Notes: generated by a model not told the origin, from the sequence alone. DNA of 64,000 nucleotides from Nitrospinae bacterium CG11_big_fil_rev_8_21_14_0_20_45_15 (GCA_002787235.1 PCWG01000010.1:13680-77679), one strand, 5' to 3'. Shown: positions 1-10,188, counted from the first letter of the stretch. Made by a program: numbers and translations.

Positions 1-283
1 AACCGGGAATTCAAAACCATTTTCAGAAACACAAGCGGTGCCAATACGAAAGCCACGCCGGTTATCAAGATTGAATACAAAAAAGTCATAAACTGAGGGT
101 ATACTAAAAGACGTATGTTGATGGGTTGCTGGACATGTAAAACATTCTTCGTCCCGTTAAGGTTAAAACCCAATTTTGAAACAAACCATTGGCACTACCC
201 TAACAGCCTGCAAAGTCTTTAAAAAATATTTTTTACATCATTGCCTGACATCCGGCGTAATTAAAAAGGTTGCTTCCTGAAAT

Positions 284-1357
284 ATGTCGTTAGAAAAGTT
301 TTTTTATCAGGTCATTTCTCCAAAGCGGAAGTTTTACCACATTCCCGTCTATTTTGTACTCAAGATCCTGTCAATTTTTTATTACTGGATCTGTATGTTT
401 CGGAAGCAAGCCTACCGTTGGGGATTGTTCCCCACCCGCAAGCTCAACTGCCGGGTCATCAGCGTTGGGAACCTGACTCTGGGAGGCACCGGAAAAACTC
501 CCTTCGTTATTATGATCGCCGAAACTCTCAGGGGCAATGGGAAAAAACCCGCCATCCTCAGTAGAGGATACGGCGGTCGCTCCCGGGAAGAAATCAACGT
601 GGTCTGCGACGGGAAACACATCCTGCTGTCGCCAGAAATAGCAGGCGACGAACCGGTGATGATGGCGCAACGTCTGCTAAACGTCCCTGTCCTGACCGGA
701 GCCGACCGCTATCAAACGGGTCGTTATGCGATAGAACATTTTGACATCGACACAATCGTCCTAGACGACGGATTCCAACACATCGCATTGCAAAGAGATC
801 TCGACATCCTTCTGTTCGACCATCAACGTCCCTTCGGCAACGGAAATCTCTTTCCAGCCGGCGAACTGCGTGAACCGATCAAGGAAGCACGACGGGCGGA
901 CAAAATTTGTGTGACGCGATATTCAGGCAAAGGCAAGACACCCGGACTCGACGCCCTCCTGACCGGCGATTTGCAACCCATGAAATCCTCTATGCGACTC
1001 GATGCCCTGATATCTCTCAAAAATGGGGATCTGTTGGAAGTGTCCGCGATTCGCAACAAACCCGTCGCCGCATTTTGCGGGATCGCCAACCCGGAAGACT
1101 TTCGGCGTATTCTGGAAGAGTCGTCCACAAACATCGTGCACTACCATGCCTTCCCTGACCACCATGAGTACAGTCGGGCAGATCTCCTCGCCTTCGAAAA
1201 AGAGGCACGTTCCGCTGGAGCCGAGATGATTATCGTCACAGAAAAGGACGCTGTTAAAATCTCAACCGAGTCACTGACGTTGCCGGTCTATAAAGTTTTT
1301 CTTGAATTGGAAATTCTGGAAGGCAGAGAAAATTTTCACAAGGATCTGCTGGACTGA
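284..1357 (+). CDS. lpxK: Tetraacyldisaccharide 4'-kinase (lipid A biosynthesis)
   Basis: 357 aa. N-terminal hydrophobic anchor followed by the P-loop GNLTLGGTGKTP and an SRGYGG motif, which is the classic LpxK layout. Confidence 0.9.
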   Translation: MSLEKFFYQVISPKRKFYHIPVYFVLKILSIFYYWICMFRKQAYRWGLFPTRKLNCRVISVGNLTLGGTGKTPFVIMIAETLRGNGKKPAILSRGYGGRSREEINVVCDGKHILLSPEIAGDEPVMMAQRLLNVPVLTGADRYQTGRYAIEHFDIDTIVLDDGFQHIALQRDLDILLFDHQRPFGNGNLFPAGELREPIKEARRADKICVTRYSGKGKTPGLDALLTGDLQPMKSSMRLDALISLKNGDLLEVSAIRNKPVAAFCGIANPEDFRRILEESSTNIVHYHAFPDHHEYSRADLLAFEKEARSAGAEMIIVTEKDAVKISTESLTLPVYKVFLELEILEGRENFHKDLLD

Positions 1358-1359
1358 TT

Positions 1360-1815
1360 ATGGAAGATTCCAAGCTCAAAGGAACCGGGAGATTTTTGCT
1401 GAGCATTTTTATTCCCTCACTTTACCTTATCCCATTGGTAACCGTTTACTTGCTACCGAAAGATTTTGGGTTTGGGCATCGCCCTCTGGTCTATTTCGGA
1501 CTCACATGCGCCGCTATTGGACTGGGAATATGGATCTGGGCCATGATCGTCCTGGGCAACCGACTCGCCGTATTCCCCGGTGCAAAAAGTCTCGCCCTGA
1601 ATGGGATTTATAAATATTTTCGACATCCGATTTATGTTGGCATCACCCTCACACTGTTTGGGATGTTTCTCGCTTGCGGCTCAACCTTCGGGATGGTCTA
1701 CCTTGCTCTGATTGTCTTGCCTTTGAACTGGTTCCGGGCGAAAAAAGAAGAGCAGACACTTCTGAAACAATTCGGTAAAGACTATCGCAACTACCGCAAA
1801 AAAACTCTTTTTTAA
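1360..1815 (+). CDS. Isoprenylcysteine carboxyl methyltransferase (ICMT)/phospholipid methyltransferase family membrane protein
   Basis: 151 aa with about 4 TM segments. Contains the GIYKYFRHPIYVG motif typical of the ICMT/PEMT family. Starts 2 nt after the lpxK stop. Confidence 0.7.
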   Translation: MEDSKLKGTGRFLLSIFIPSLYLIPLVTVYLLPKDFGFGHRPLVYFGLTCAAIGLGIWIWAMIVLGNRLAVFPGAKSLALNGIYKYFRHPIYVGITLTLFGMFLACGSTFGMVYLALIVLPLNWFRAKKEEQTLLKQFGKDYRNYRKKTLF

Positions 1816-1845
1816 ATCAATTTTCCACTCTTTAGAATCCGCGCC

Positions 1846-3075
1846 ATGAATACACATTCCGACCTGAGAATCCAATTTTCAGCCTTGATTCCCATGACCG
1901 GTAGCGTAATGGAAAACGGCGATCTGGTTATCCGCGATGGGCTCATCCATGCCATAGAAACTCGCAAGGCCCAGCCTCAGGAATCCACCGTCATTGATTT
2001 GAGCGATCATCTCCTGCTCCCGGGGTTCATCAACGCGCATTGCCACTTGTCTCTTTCCTGCCTCAAAGGCAAAGTTCCCAAAACAGAACGTTTCACCGAC
2101 TGGGTGCGCGCTTTACTGAAAATCAGTGCAGACATTCCCTTCATGGAAAAACTGGCGGGCATCCGTGCAGGAGCCCAGGAGATGTTATCCAGTGGCGTCA
2201 CCACTCTGGCCGACTATATCTCCCAGGCAGAATTATTTCCAGAATACGCAGAACTGCCACTACGTAAAATTTTATTTCTGGAAACTCTGGGATTCAATGC
2301 CAATCGAGTGCAATACGTTTGCAAGGAAGTCGAAGCGATTCTGGATTCTCACGCTTCACACAGAAACGCTATCTTCCAATTCGGGCTGGCACCGCACGCG
2401 CCCTACTCCGTCTCACCGTATTTATTCAAGGCGCTTAAAAGTCTGGCCCAACAACGCAAGCTCCCCTTTTCCTGTCACGTCGCAGAATTCCCGGAAGAAA
2501 TTCGCTTCCTGCGTGAAGGTGGCGGCGAAATGGAAGCCTTTCTGATCGAGCGCGGGGTCTTCGATGAAAATTGGAATCCGCCCGAAACCGGGGTCTTGCA
2601 ATACCTCGACTCTCTCGATGTCCTGCAAGACCTGGTTGCCGTCCACCTCAACCACATCGAGTCATCCGACCTGGAACTCATGCAACAACATCATACCGGA
2701 GCGGTATTCTGCCCCGGCAGTACGCAATGGTTCGATAGAAAAAAAAATCTTCCGTTGAGGAAAATATTGAACATGGGCATCACCGCAGGACTTGGAACCG
2801 ACTCACTTGCCAGCAACGAATCACTCAATTTTCTGCGCGAACTGAAAATTGCCGAAATGCTTATTCCAGAAATATCACGCATGGAATGGCTGGAAATGGC
2901 AACACGCGGCGGAGCCAAGATATTAGAATCCACCGCAGGCATTATCAGACCCGGAGCACCTGCAGACCTGATTGGATTCCACCTGTCCTCAAAACCAACA
3001 CGATACGAAGACATCCCCTTTGACAAAAGTCGCCAGCACGTCGATTTTTCCATGATAGCGGGACAACAAATCTAG
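1846..3075 (+). CDS. Amidohydrolase family protein (chlorohydrolase/nucleoside deaminase-like)
   Basis: 409 aa. Metal-binding motif LLPGFINAHCHL near the N-terminus, later HVAE and GTDS motifs. TIM-barrel amidohydrolase pattern; substrate not assignable. Confidence 0.75.
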   Translation: MNTHSDLRIQFSALIPMTGSVMENGDLVIRDGLIHAIETRKAQPQESTVIDLSDHLLLPGFINAHCHLSLSCLKGKVPKTERFTDWVRALLKISADIPFMEKLAGIRAGAQEMLSSGVTTLADYISQAELFPEYAELPLRKILFLETLGFNANRVQYVCKEVEAILDSHASHRNAIFQFGLAPHAPYSVSPYLFKALKSLAQQRKLPFSCHVAEFPEEIRFLREGGGEMEAFLIERGVFDENWNPPETGVLQYLDSLDVLQDLVAVHLNHIESSDLELMQQHHTGAVFCPGSTQWFDRKKNLPLRKILNMGITAGLGTDSLASNESLNFLRELKIAEMLIPEISRMEWLEMATRGGAKILESTAGIIRPGAPADLIGFHLSSKPTRYEDIPFDKSRQHVDFSMIAGQQI

Positions 3076-3314
3076 TTTTTCACAAAAAAACATTTCTCGC
3101 CGCAGGTCATTCGCAGGAAAATTTGAACACAAAATATCAGCAAATCCGGAATTATTTTATGGGAAATTCGGCAAATACAGCTCCATTTCCATCAATACAG
3201 AGGCTGAAAATAAAATATCCGGGTTTCACTCAAGCCATTGATTCAAAAACCCGTTAAAAAGAAAGGTGCCCGAGTTGTGTCTCAACGCGCTGGAAACTCT
3301 CACAATGCTTTGAA

Positions 3315-3794
3315 ATGATGATGGAAAATTGCAGAAAAACAGGAAGATTTTTGCGGAGTGCCTTGGTCTGGGTACTGTTCCTGTCGCTTTCTGCCTGTAT
3401 GACAGGGAGAGGCAAACCCAATCAATCTATGGGATTCAAACAAATAACACCCGCTCTGCAGAATGAAATGTCATATTATATCAAAAAAGGATGTGATCGC
3501 GAGTACCGTTACTTCGACCCGGAAATCGCCCAACTCTATTCCATCATTCCCGGCGGAGCGCAATTTTACATGGGGGAAAATCAAAAAGGCTGGATGTACG
3601 CCCTGTCCTCACCCTTGATCATTCCCTACATCATTTCATTTCAGGATGGCCAAAATTCTGTGGACTACTACAATTTCAGGTACACTCTGAAATATTGCAG
3701 AGATAAATTCAAAAAAAAATCTTCTCAGGCTTCTAAAAAAAAGAAGAGAAAAAGACGGCGCAGGCCCTCCAAAACGCCCCAAAAAAGCAAATAA
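3315..3794 (+). CDS. Hypothetical lipoprotein with a poly-basic C-terminal tail
   Basis: Signal peptide with lipobox-like LSLSAC. Contains an IIPGGAQFYMGENQKGW hairpin-like motif. The C-terminus KKKSSQASKKKKRKRRRRPSKTPQKSK is encoded by A-rich tracts. Confidence 0.5.
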   Translation: MMMENCRKTGRFLRSALVWVLFLSLSACMTGRGKPNQSMGFKQITPALQNEMSYYIKKGCDREYRYFDPEIAQLYSIIPGGAQFYMGENQKGWMYALSSPLIIPYIISFQDGQNSVDYYNFRYTLKYCRDKFKKKSSQASKKKKRKRRRRPSKTPQKSK

Positions 3795-3910
3795 AAGGCT
3801 TCCAAAGAATAATCTCAGACACCATCCAATTACTCAATCACTCCATGCTTGAAAATGATTGGCGGTGATTGCGAAACACACTGGGCCGTTGGCACTTCAG
3901 CGTCAACCTG

Positions 3911-4441
3911 CTATTTGCTTTCTTCCGCCGTTGCAGGAACCAGTTGATGCTTGGCAATGAGCGCGTCTACCCTCTGATTGAATTCGCCGGATTGAGTGAT
4001 TTTTTGTGCCCATTCAACCCCAACAATGCCAGCCTCCTGACTGATCGCAGGCATTTTACTGCGCCATTCTGCCCAAAAGGGAGTCTCAAACATCTCGATC
4101 AATTTCAGAATCACTTCATGACTCATGTGCTTTTCATACACCGCCGCAACATCGTCGATCAATTGAGCCATGTCCTTTTGCTCAACCAAATCACCGAATT
4201 CATCCCAAAATGCAGTGGGAACATTGGGATAACTGAAAGCAATCGTGGCTCCGAAAGTATCGAGTAAATTATTTTTCATCAGTAACATTTGATCGTACAG
4301 ACCCGATACCTTGAGCAGTTTCTTAACATCTTCTCTTTTTACAGTTTCCTCATCAGCCCATGCACTGAACGAAGAAACACAAAGAAGAAAAAATACAAGC
4401 AATCCCAACTGCAGAAGCTGAAAGCTATTCTTAAATTTCAT
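3911..4441 (-). CDS. Secreted DUF2059-like protein
   Basis: 176 aa. Cleavable signal peptide (LLCVSSFSAWA). The segment VYEKHMSHEVILKLIEMFETPFWAEW fits the DUF2059 pattern. The overlapping + strand ORF 3869..4267 looks spurious. Confidence 0.55.
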   Translation of the reverse strand: MKFKNSFQLLQLGLLVFFLLCVSSFSAWADEETVKREDVKKLLKVSGLYDQMLLMKNNLLDTFGATIAFSYPNVPTAFWDEFGDLVEQKDMAQLIDDVAAVYEKHMSHEVILKLIEMFETPFWAEWRSKMPAISQEAGIVGVEWAQKITQSGEFNQRVDALIAKHQLVPATAEESK

Positions 4442-4673
4442 TTAAAACGCTCCTTAAAAATGCAAAGCTAGATACTCAATTAAACGCAGATAAAAACCGC
4501 ATCATGCCATAGATGACTTGTAACAAAAAATACAAAAAACCGGTCACAAAAAAATAGCGCAGATTTTCATAACAATTTCATGTGAAATTTATTTTTTTGC
4601 TGTTTATGATAATGATATATTATGGAAGTATCTGAAGCGGATCCATTCTCCAGGCATTTTCTGAAAGCGTAAC

Positions 4674-5735
4674 ATGAAACATCGTCGCTTGTTCAAGCAC
4701 ATTCATCTGTTGATCTCGGTCTTATTTTTCTGCCTGAGTGTTTCTTTCGTTTTCGCCGCCCCTTACGCTCCACCCAAACAACCCGGCATCAAAAAACTCA
4801 CAGATATAGAATTGCTTCCGAAAAATAGCGGAACCATACACATTGACATCATAGACGGGCATACCAGCGATAAACCAACGGCTCAGGATAACAAACCCAA
4901 AACTGAGGTGACGACTCCCTACTTATCTGAGAAAGCCATCGCTCTGGCAGGATTTATATTGACGAAAGAAGTTGCTGTGGGTTCTATCGTAAAAATTTTA
5001 GACGATACAATCACCGTTTCAGACAATGGAGTAGTCTACATTGATATCGGTGTGGAGAAAGGGGCCAAAAAAGGCGATCGATTGACGGTGTTCTCTAATC
5101 AACGAATCGTTTATGACCCTGTCCAAACTGTAGAAGGTAATGCAAGACAATCGTTTCAATATTCTGGGAATTTTGATTATTGGGGCAATAAGAGAAATAA
5201 TGAATCTCGTGAATTGGGAGAATCTCGCCACCTGCTCAACGAACCTGCAAAAAAAGGCCTCGGCGTTTTGATTCAGATATTGGGTACCGTTGAAATCCTC
5301 GAACCACTGAATGGCTATTCAAGGGCACGGGTAATTCGCGCTCACAACGACATTCAAACCGGCGATTTGTTGATGCCCTATGAAGCCCCAGCAACTACCC
5401 GCATTGTCCCCGTTAAGGCCGATAAAAAAATAGAAGGCAGACTCATCGCTTTTAAAGAAGAACGAATCACCGGGATCATGGGAGACATCGTCTATCTCGA
5501 CCGGGGAACGCGTGACAATGTTCAGACGGGAGATTTCTTTGAAGCCTATAACATTCCGACCATGAAAGTATCAAATGCTTATGATGATGCTGAGGAAGTG
5601 CGGTCTTTCCCACCTCAGGTGATCGGAAAATTGCAAGTGATCTCAACGCGAAAAAGCAACTCCACGGCTGTCATTTTAAACAGCCAAAAAGATTTTACCA
5701 TTGGCCAAAGAGTCCGATATAAAACGATCGATTGA
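4674..5735 (+). CDS. Secreted hypothetical protein with four beta-rich GD-motif repeats
   Basis: 353 aa with a signal peptide (VSFVFAAP). Repeated pattern G-x-[VI]-x-[IV]...GD-x-[LF] seen at KKGDRLTVF, IQTGDLLMPY, VQTGDFFEAY and TIGQRVRY. Confidence 0.5.
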   Translation: MKHRRLFKHIHLLISVLFFCLSVSFVFAAPYAPPKQPGIKKLTDIELLPKNSGTIHIDIIDGHTSDKPTAQDNKPKTEVTTPYLSEKAIALAGFILTKEVAVGSIVKILDDTITVSDNGVVYIDIGVEKGAKKGDRLTVFSNQRIVYDPVQTVEGNARQSFQYSGNFDYWGNKRNNESRELGESRHLLNEPAKKGLGVLIQILGTVEILEPLNGYSRARVIRAHNDIQTGDLLMPYEAPATTRIVPVKADKKIEGRLIAFKEERITGIMGDIVYLDRGTRDNVQTGDFFEAYNIPTMKVSNAYDDAEEVRSFPPQVIGKLQVISTRKSNSTAVILNSQKDFTIGQRVRYKTID

Positions 5736-5799
5736 AACCCCAAACCCTTGTGCGCTTCTATAAATAGGGGTCAAATCTTGGTTATTTATAATTATCGCC

Positions 5800-6468
5800 A
5801 TGAATACTGTTCAAAAAGAGGCTGTCGTCATTTTACATGGGATCGCACGCTCAGCGAGATCAATGCAAAGCATTGCAGACTGTATTCAGCGTCGGGGTTT
5901 CGATGTGTTGAATCTGGATTATCCTTCGACAAAGCATTCTTTAGAAGAACTCACCGAAAAAATCCACCCACAAGTGGACCGGTTCAATGTAAGGGAATAT
6001 AGAAAACTGCATTTTGTCACTTATTCAATGGGGGGTTTGCTCGTGCGCGTTTTTTTAAATCGTTATCGTCCTGAAAATTTAGGCCGAGTGGTCATGCTGG
6101 CTCCGCCCAATCTGGGGAGTGAGGTTGCCGATTTTTGGAAAAACAACTGGCTCTATCAAAAAATTTACGGTCCGGCTGGTCAGCAATTGACCACCGATCA
6201 TACCAGCCCTGTTTTGGGAAAGCGGGTTGACTGCGAGCTGGGAATCATTGCCGGGGATCGTTCAATAGATCCTCTCCATTGGCTCATTATCCCCGGCCCA
6301 AATGATGGCAAGGTGAGTGTCGAGAGTACCCGGCTGAAGGGTATGACGGCGCACACGGTCATACACGCCACGCACACTTTTATCATGAACAACCCAGAGG
6401 CTCACCGCTTGACAGTCTGCTTTTTAGAAAATGGGAGTTTTCTAAACCCGCACGAAAACTTGAGCTGA
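5800..6468 (+). CDS. Alpha/beta hydrolase (esterase/lipase-like)
   Basis: 222 aa. HG oxyanion motif (VILHGIARS), nucleophile elbow YSMGG, C-terminal His region. Confidence 0.75.
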   Translation: MNTVQKEAVVILHGIARSARSMQSIADCIQRRGFDVLNLDYPSTKHSLEELTEKIHPQVDRFNVREYRKLHFVTYSMGGLLVRVFLNRYRPENLGRVVMLAPPNLGSEVADFWKNNWLYQKIYGPAGQQLTTDHTSPVLGKRVDCELGIIAGDRSIDPLHWLIIPGPNDGKVSVESTRLKGMTAHTVIHATHTFIMNNPEAHRLTVCFLENGSFLNPHENLS

Positions 6469-6477
6469 CATTCACGT

Positions 6478-9400
6478 TCAATCCTCTAATCTGCCATAAC
6501 CCCCTCCACCCGGAGTCATTATTCGTATACGGTCTCCAAGCTCTGCGTTGAATTGATTTTTACCACCCAGATTTTTCCGTGAACCATCGGACTTGATCCA
6601 TTCATTTTCTCCTTTGGCTCCCGGCTCTCCGCCATGCAAACCGTAGGGTGCCTGATTCCTTCGTTCGGAAAGGATAGAAACTGTGAGCGGCTTAAGAAAT
6701 TCTATTTCCCGCACCAGGCCGTCGCCGCCATGAAATCGACCCACCCCGCCGGACTGCTTGCGCAACGAAAATTCCCGCAACAGCACCGGATAACGGCTTT
6801 CAAGTATCTCAGGATCGGTGATACGCGTGTTAGTCATATGCGTGTGAACACCTGAGAAACCATGCCAATGCGGACCTGCGCCGGAGCCACCACCAATCGT
6901 TTCATAATATCCAAACTGCTCGTTGCCAAACGCAAGGTTGTTCATACAACCTTGGCTTGCGGCACACAACTCCAGTGCTTTGAACACAACATCAACAATC
7001 CGTTGCGAGGTCAACACATTGCCTCCGGCCACAGCGGCCATGGGGGATGGTGACAACAACGAACCTTCCTCAATGATAATTTCTACCGAAGCAAAACAAC
7101 CTTGATTCAAGGGGATGTCTTCGTGCGTGAGACACCTCAGACAATACAGAATGACTGAATCCACCACGGCCCGCGGAGCGTTCAAGTTCCCTTTCAACTC
7201 CGCGCCCGTCCCTCTAAAATCAAATATCGCACTGCCCCGAATTTGATCCAGTGTGAGTCTGAGCTGTATGGGAGTTCCATCGTCGAGATAATCCACGGCT
7301 GAAAGAACATCGACTTCTTTCAATCTTTTTTCCTTTGATATTTTCCGGACGGCGGTTTGAATCGCCTTTTCAGCAGAGCATTGAATCTGTTTCATGTATC
7401 CCAATACCACCGGCAGGCCATAGTGTTTTGCCAGATCGCACAAAGCCTCAGCACCCAGAGTGTTGGCCGACACCTGCGCGCGCAGATCGGATAAATTGTC
7501 TTCGAGCCGTCGGCTATCCTTTAAAATATCCCGAACCCTTGCATCTTGAAACAGTCCGTTTTCAACCAGCTTAATGGATTCAATCCGCGCTCCTTCCTCA
7601 TCCAGTGTCTCTGAAAAAGGCGGCATAGAGCCGGGAACCGAGCCTCCAATGTCTGCATGATGACCCCGATTGGCCACAAAAAATACCGGTTCGTTATCCT
7701 GCCAAACAGGGGTTATCACCGTAATGTCCGGCAGATGACTGCCACCCATTTGCGGGGTATTGGATGCCCAGACATCGCCACGGCAAATCGCATCGCGATA
7801 GAATTCGACTTGTTTGCGCACCGCCGATCCCATCGCACCGAGGTGAACGGGCTGATGAGGCGCGTTGACAACAAGGTCGCCATCGGCATCGAAAATGGCA
7901 CAGGAAAAATCCCGCCGCTCTTTTATATTTGTGGAGATCGCTGTTCTTTGCAGTGTATTGCCCATTTGCTCGGCAATGGATGCAATGCGATTGGAAAAAA
8001 TAGCCAACTGCGCCGGGTTGGCGGGATCATTCTGAAACGATTCTTCTGATGCGGGAACTTCGATCCACAGGTCGCCCGTCGTTGAAGTTCGCGCGGTGCA
8101 TTCAGGCTCTATCAGGATTGCAGAGTTTTCCTGCATGACAATGGCAGGACCCTGAATGACTTCTTCCGCGCCCATGTCTGCCATCCGGTAAATAGGAGTT
8201 TTCAGATAACCTTCGCGGAAATAACATTGAGAATATTCCGTTGGTTTTGCCGATTCGAGGTTTTTCGTTAGAACAACCGCCTGTATAGGATCGGTCTTGC
8301 CTGTAGCCCTCACGCGCAAATCGTCTACGATAATTGGTTTGCCCTGAAGAACAAAACCGAATTCCTTTTCACAACGTTGTAAAAATGCTTTCTCAAAATC
8401 AGCCCTGGCGTTGGCCTCCATCATCAACGCCGTATCGGTCCCCTCGAAACGCATGTTCAGATAATACTGGAATTCGATTTTCTTCTGCCCCTGATCTCGC
8501 AAATCTGCGGAAATTTTTTCAGCCAACGCATCCAGTTTTTTCTTCAACACCGGCCAAATGGAAGGTGTGTAGGTTGCGCCCACTGGCTCACGTTTTTCCG
8601 CCGTCACATCGGCAAGCCCTATCCCGCATGCGGATAATATCCCTGCAAATCTGTGGACAAAAATACGCTGAATTCCCAATAATTTTGCCAGAGCGCAGGC
8701 ATGTTGCCCGCCCGCGCCACCAAAACAGGCAAGCACATGGTCTTTGGGATCGTACCCTCTTTGCAAAGAGATTTCCCGAATGGGACGCGCCATCGTTTCA
8801 TTAGCCACGTCCACAAATCCGAGAGCGATTTCTTCCAGACTCATCGCATGCTCTTGCTGGACTTCTTCTGCCAGGCTCTTAAAAGCCTTCTGCGTTGCAG
8901 AAAGATCCAGTGGCAGGTTTTCTTTTTCACCAAAAACTTTTGGGAAATATTTCGGAAGCAGACGGCCCAAAATCAAATTGGCATCGGTCAAAGAAAGCGG
9001 GCCTCCGTTGCCGTAGCAAACCGGCCCCGGACGGGCACCGGATGATTCGGGCCCCACTGTCAACAATCCGTTCCTGAAAAGCAGGCGGGAACCACCCCCA
9101 GCCGCTACGGTTCGAATGTCCAGCTGGGGTGCCTGAATACAAACCCCCGCTGTCTCGTTTTCATGCCGCCAGTCATACTCACCATCGTAGCGTGATATGT
9201 CGGTGGAAGTGCCGCCCATATCAAATCCGATCACCGCTTTGGCTGAAACCGGATCGAAGGTTGATTTTGCACAGGCCACCACGCCTCCTGCCGGACCCGA
9301 CAAGACCGCCCGGCTCCCGGAAAAAACTTCGGCAGAGGCCAGTCCTCCATCGGATTGCATGAAATAGATGTCGGGTACTTTTCCGCAAAATCCAGAACGG

Positions 9401-10188
9401 AATGTTTCTATGTATTCAAGAATATGGGGCGTCAGGTAAGCGTCCACACAGGAAGTGTGTCCCCGTCCTACGATTTTGATTTGTGGCATGACCTCGGACG
9501 ATAAGGACACGTGACGGAAACCCATTTGACGTGCCAACGCACCGACCTGCTGTTCATGATCTGAAAAGACATGTGCGTGCATGAACACCACGGCCAGACA
9601 ATCGATTCCTTTTTCCAGAAATCCACGCAATTGCATTTCGACCTGCACCAAGTCCAATGATTTTAAAACCTCCACACCTGTATTATCACGCTCTGCCGCC
9701 GATGCCGTGCCACAAGCACTCACGCCAGAAAGAATGCGAACACGTTCGTCCACTTCCATCACATCCGAATAAAGCAACGATAATATTTTGATTTCAAGGT
9801 CAAATAAGGCGGGCCGGTTTTGATAACCAATCTCTAATAAATCGCGGAATCCTTGAGTGATTGCCAATCCGAAGCGTGCGCCTTTGCGCTCCAGCAACGC
9901 ATTGGTCGCCACTGTGGTGCCCATGCGCACCCATTCAATTTTTTCACCGGTGATCTTGTTTGAGGAATCCAATGAACCGGTGTGTTCTTGCAGAATACGA
10001 CGGATTCCTTCCAAAGGAGCGGAATCATAAACACCGGGGTTTTCTGATAAAAGTTTCAGGACGCGCCAACCTGGCTCGCCGGGAATTTCGGCGTAGATGT
10101 CTGTGAAGGTACCACCGCGATCTATAGAAAACCGGAAACGATTGGGATCGGACATGATTTTATCGGGTATCTTTTCAGATCCTCTCAC
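6478..10188 (-). CDS. 5-oxoprolinase (ATP-hydrolysing), fused hydantoinase A/B type
   Basis: 1236-aa single chain. N-terminal FSIDRGGTFTD (hydantoinase A/actin-like ATPase) and a C-terminal hydantoinase B half, the same architecture as eukaryotic OPLAH. The track start is GTG at 10188; ATG at 10155 (MSDPNRFRFSIDRGG) is equally plausible. Confidence 0.9.
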   Translation of the reverse strand: MRGSEKIPDKIMSDPNRFRFSIDRGGTFTDIYAEIPGEPGWRVLKLLSENPGVYDSAPLEGIRRILQEHTGSLDSSNKITGEKIEWVRMGTTVATNALLERKGARFGLAITQGFRDLLEIGYQNRPALFDLEIKILSLLYSDVMEVDERVRILSGVSACGTASAAERDNTGVEVLKSLDLVQVEMQLRGFLEKGIDCLAVVFMHAHVFSDHEQQVGALARQMGFRHVSLSSEVMPQIKIVGRGHTSCVDAYLTPHILEYIETFRSGFCGKVPDIYFMQSDGGLASAEVFSGSRAVLSGPAGGVVACAKSTFDPVSAKAVIGFDMGGTSTDISRYDGEYDWRHENETAGVCIQAPQLDIRTVAAGGGSRLLFRNGLLTVGPESSGARPGPVCYGNGGPLSLTDANLILGRLLPKYFPKVFGEKENLPLDLSATQKAFKSLAEEVQQEHAMSLEEIALGFVDVANETMARPIREISLQRGYDPKDHVLACFGGAGGQHACALAKLLGIQRIFVHRFAGILSACGIGLADVTAEKREPVGATYTPSIWPVLKKKLDALAEKISADLRDQGQKKIEFQYYLNMRFEGTDTALMMEANARADFEKAFLQRCEKEFGFVLQGKPIIVDDLRVRATGKTDPIQAVVLTKNLESAKPTEYSQCYFREGYLKTPIYRMADMGAEEVIQGPAIVMQENSAILIEPECTARTSTTGDLWIEVPASEESFQNDPANPAQLAIFSNRIASIAEQMGNTLQRTAISTNIKERRDFSCAIFDADGDLVVNAPHQPVHLGAMGSAVRKQVEFYRDAICRGDVWASNTPQMGGSHLPDITVITPVWQDNEPVFFVANRGHHADIGGSVPGSMPPFSETLDEEGARIESIKLVENGLFQDARVRDILKDSRRLEDNLSDLRAQVSANTLGAEALCDLAKHYGLPVVLGYMKQIQCSAEKAIQTAVRKISKEKRLKEVDVLSAVDYLDDGTPIQLRLTLDQIRGSAIFDFRGTGAELKGNLNAPRAVVDSVILYCLRCLTHEDIPLNQGCFASVEIIIEEGSLLSPSPMAAVAGGNVLTSQRIVDVVFKALELCAASQGCMNNLAFGNEQFGYYETIGGGSGAGPHWHGFSGVHTHMTNTRITDPEILESRYPVLLREFSLRKQSGGVGRFHGGDGLVREIEFLKPLTVSILSERRNQAPYGLHGGEPGAKGENEWIKSDGSRKNLGGKNQFNAELGDRIRIMTPGGGGYGRLED

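Noticed and set aside
1-96. Window-edge gene fragment
   Set aside because: Plus-strand frame 1 is open to a TGA at 94-96 (…PVIKIEYKKVIN*). The minus strand also has an ATG at 89..87 opening a hydrophobic MTFLYSILITGVAFVLAPLVFL… sequence. Neither has a clear Shine-Dalgarno or a family signature, so I cannot decide which one, if either, is real.
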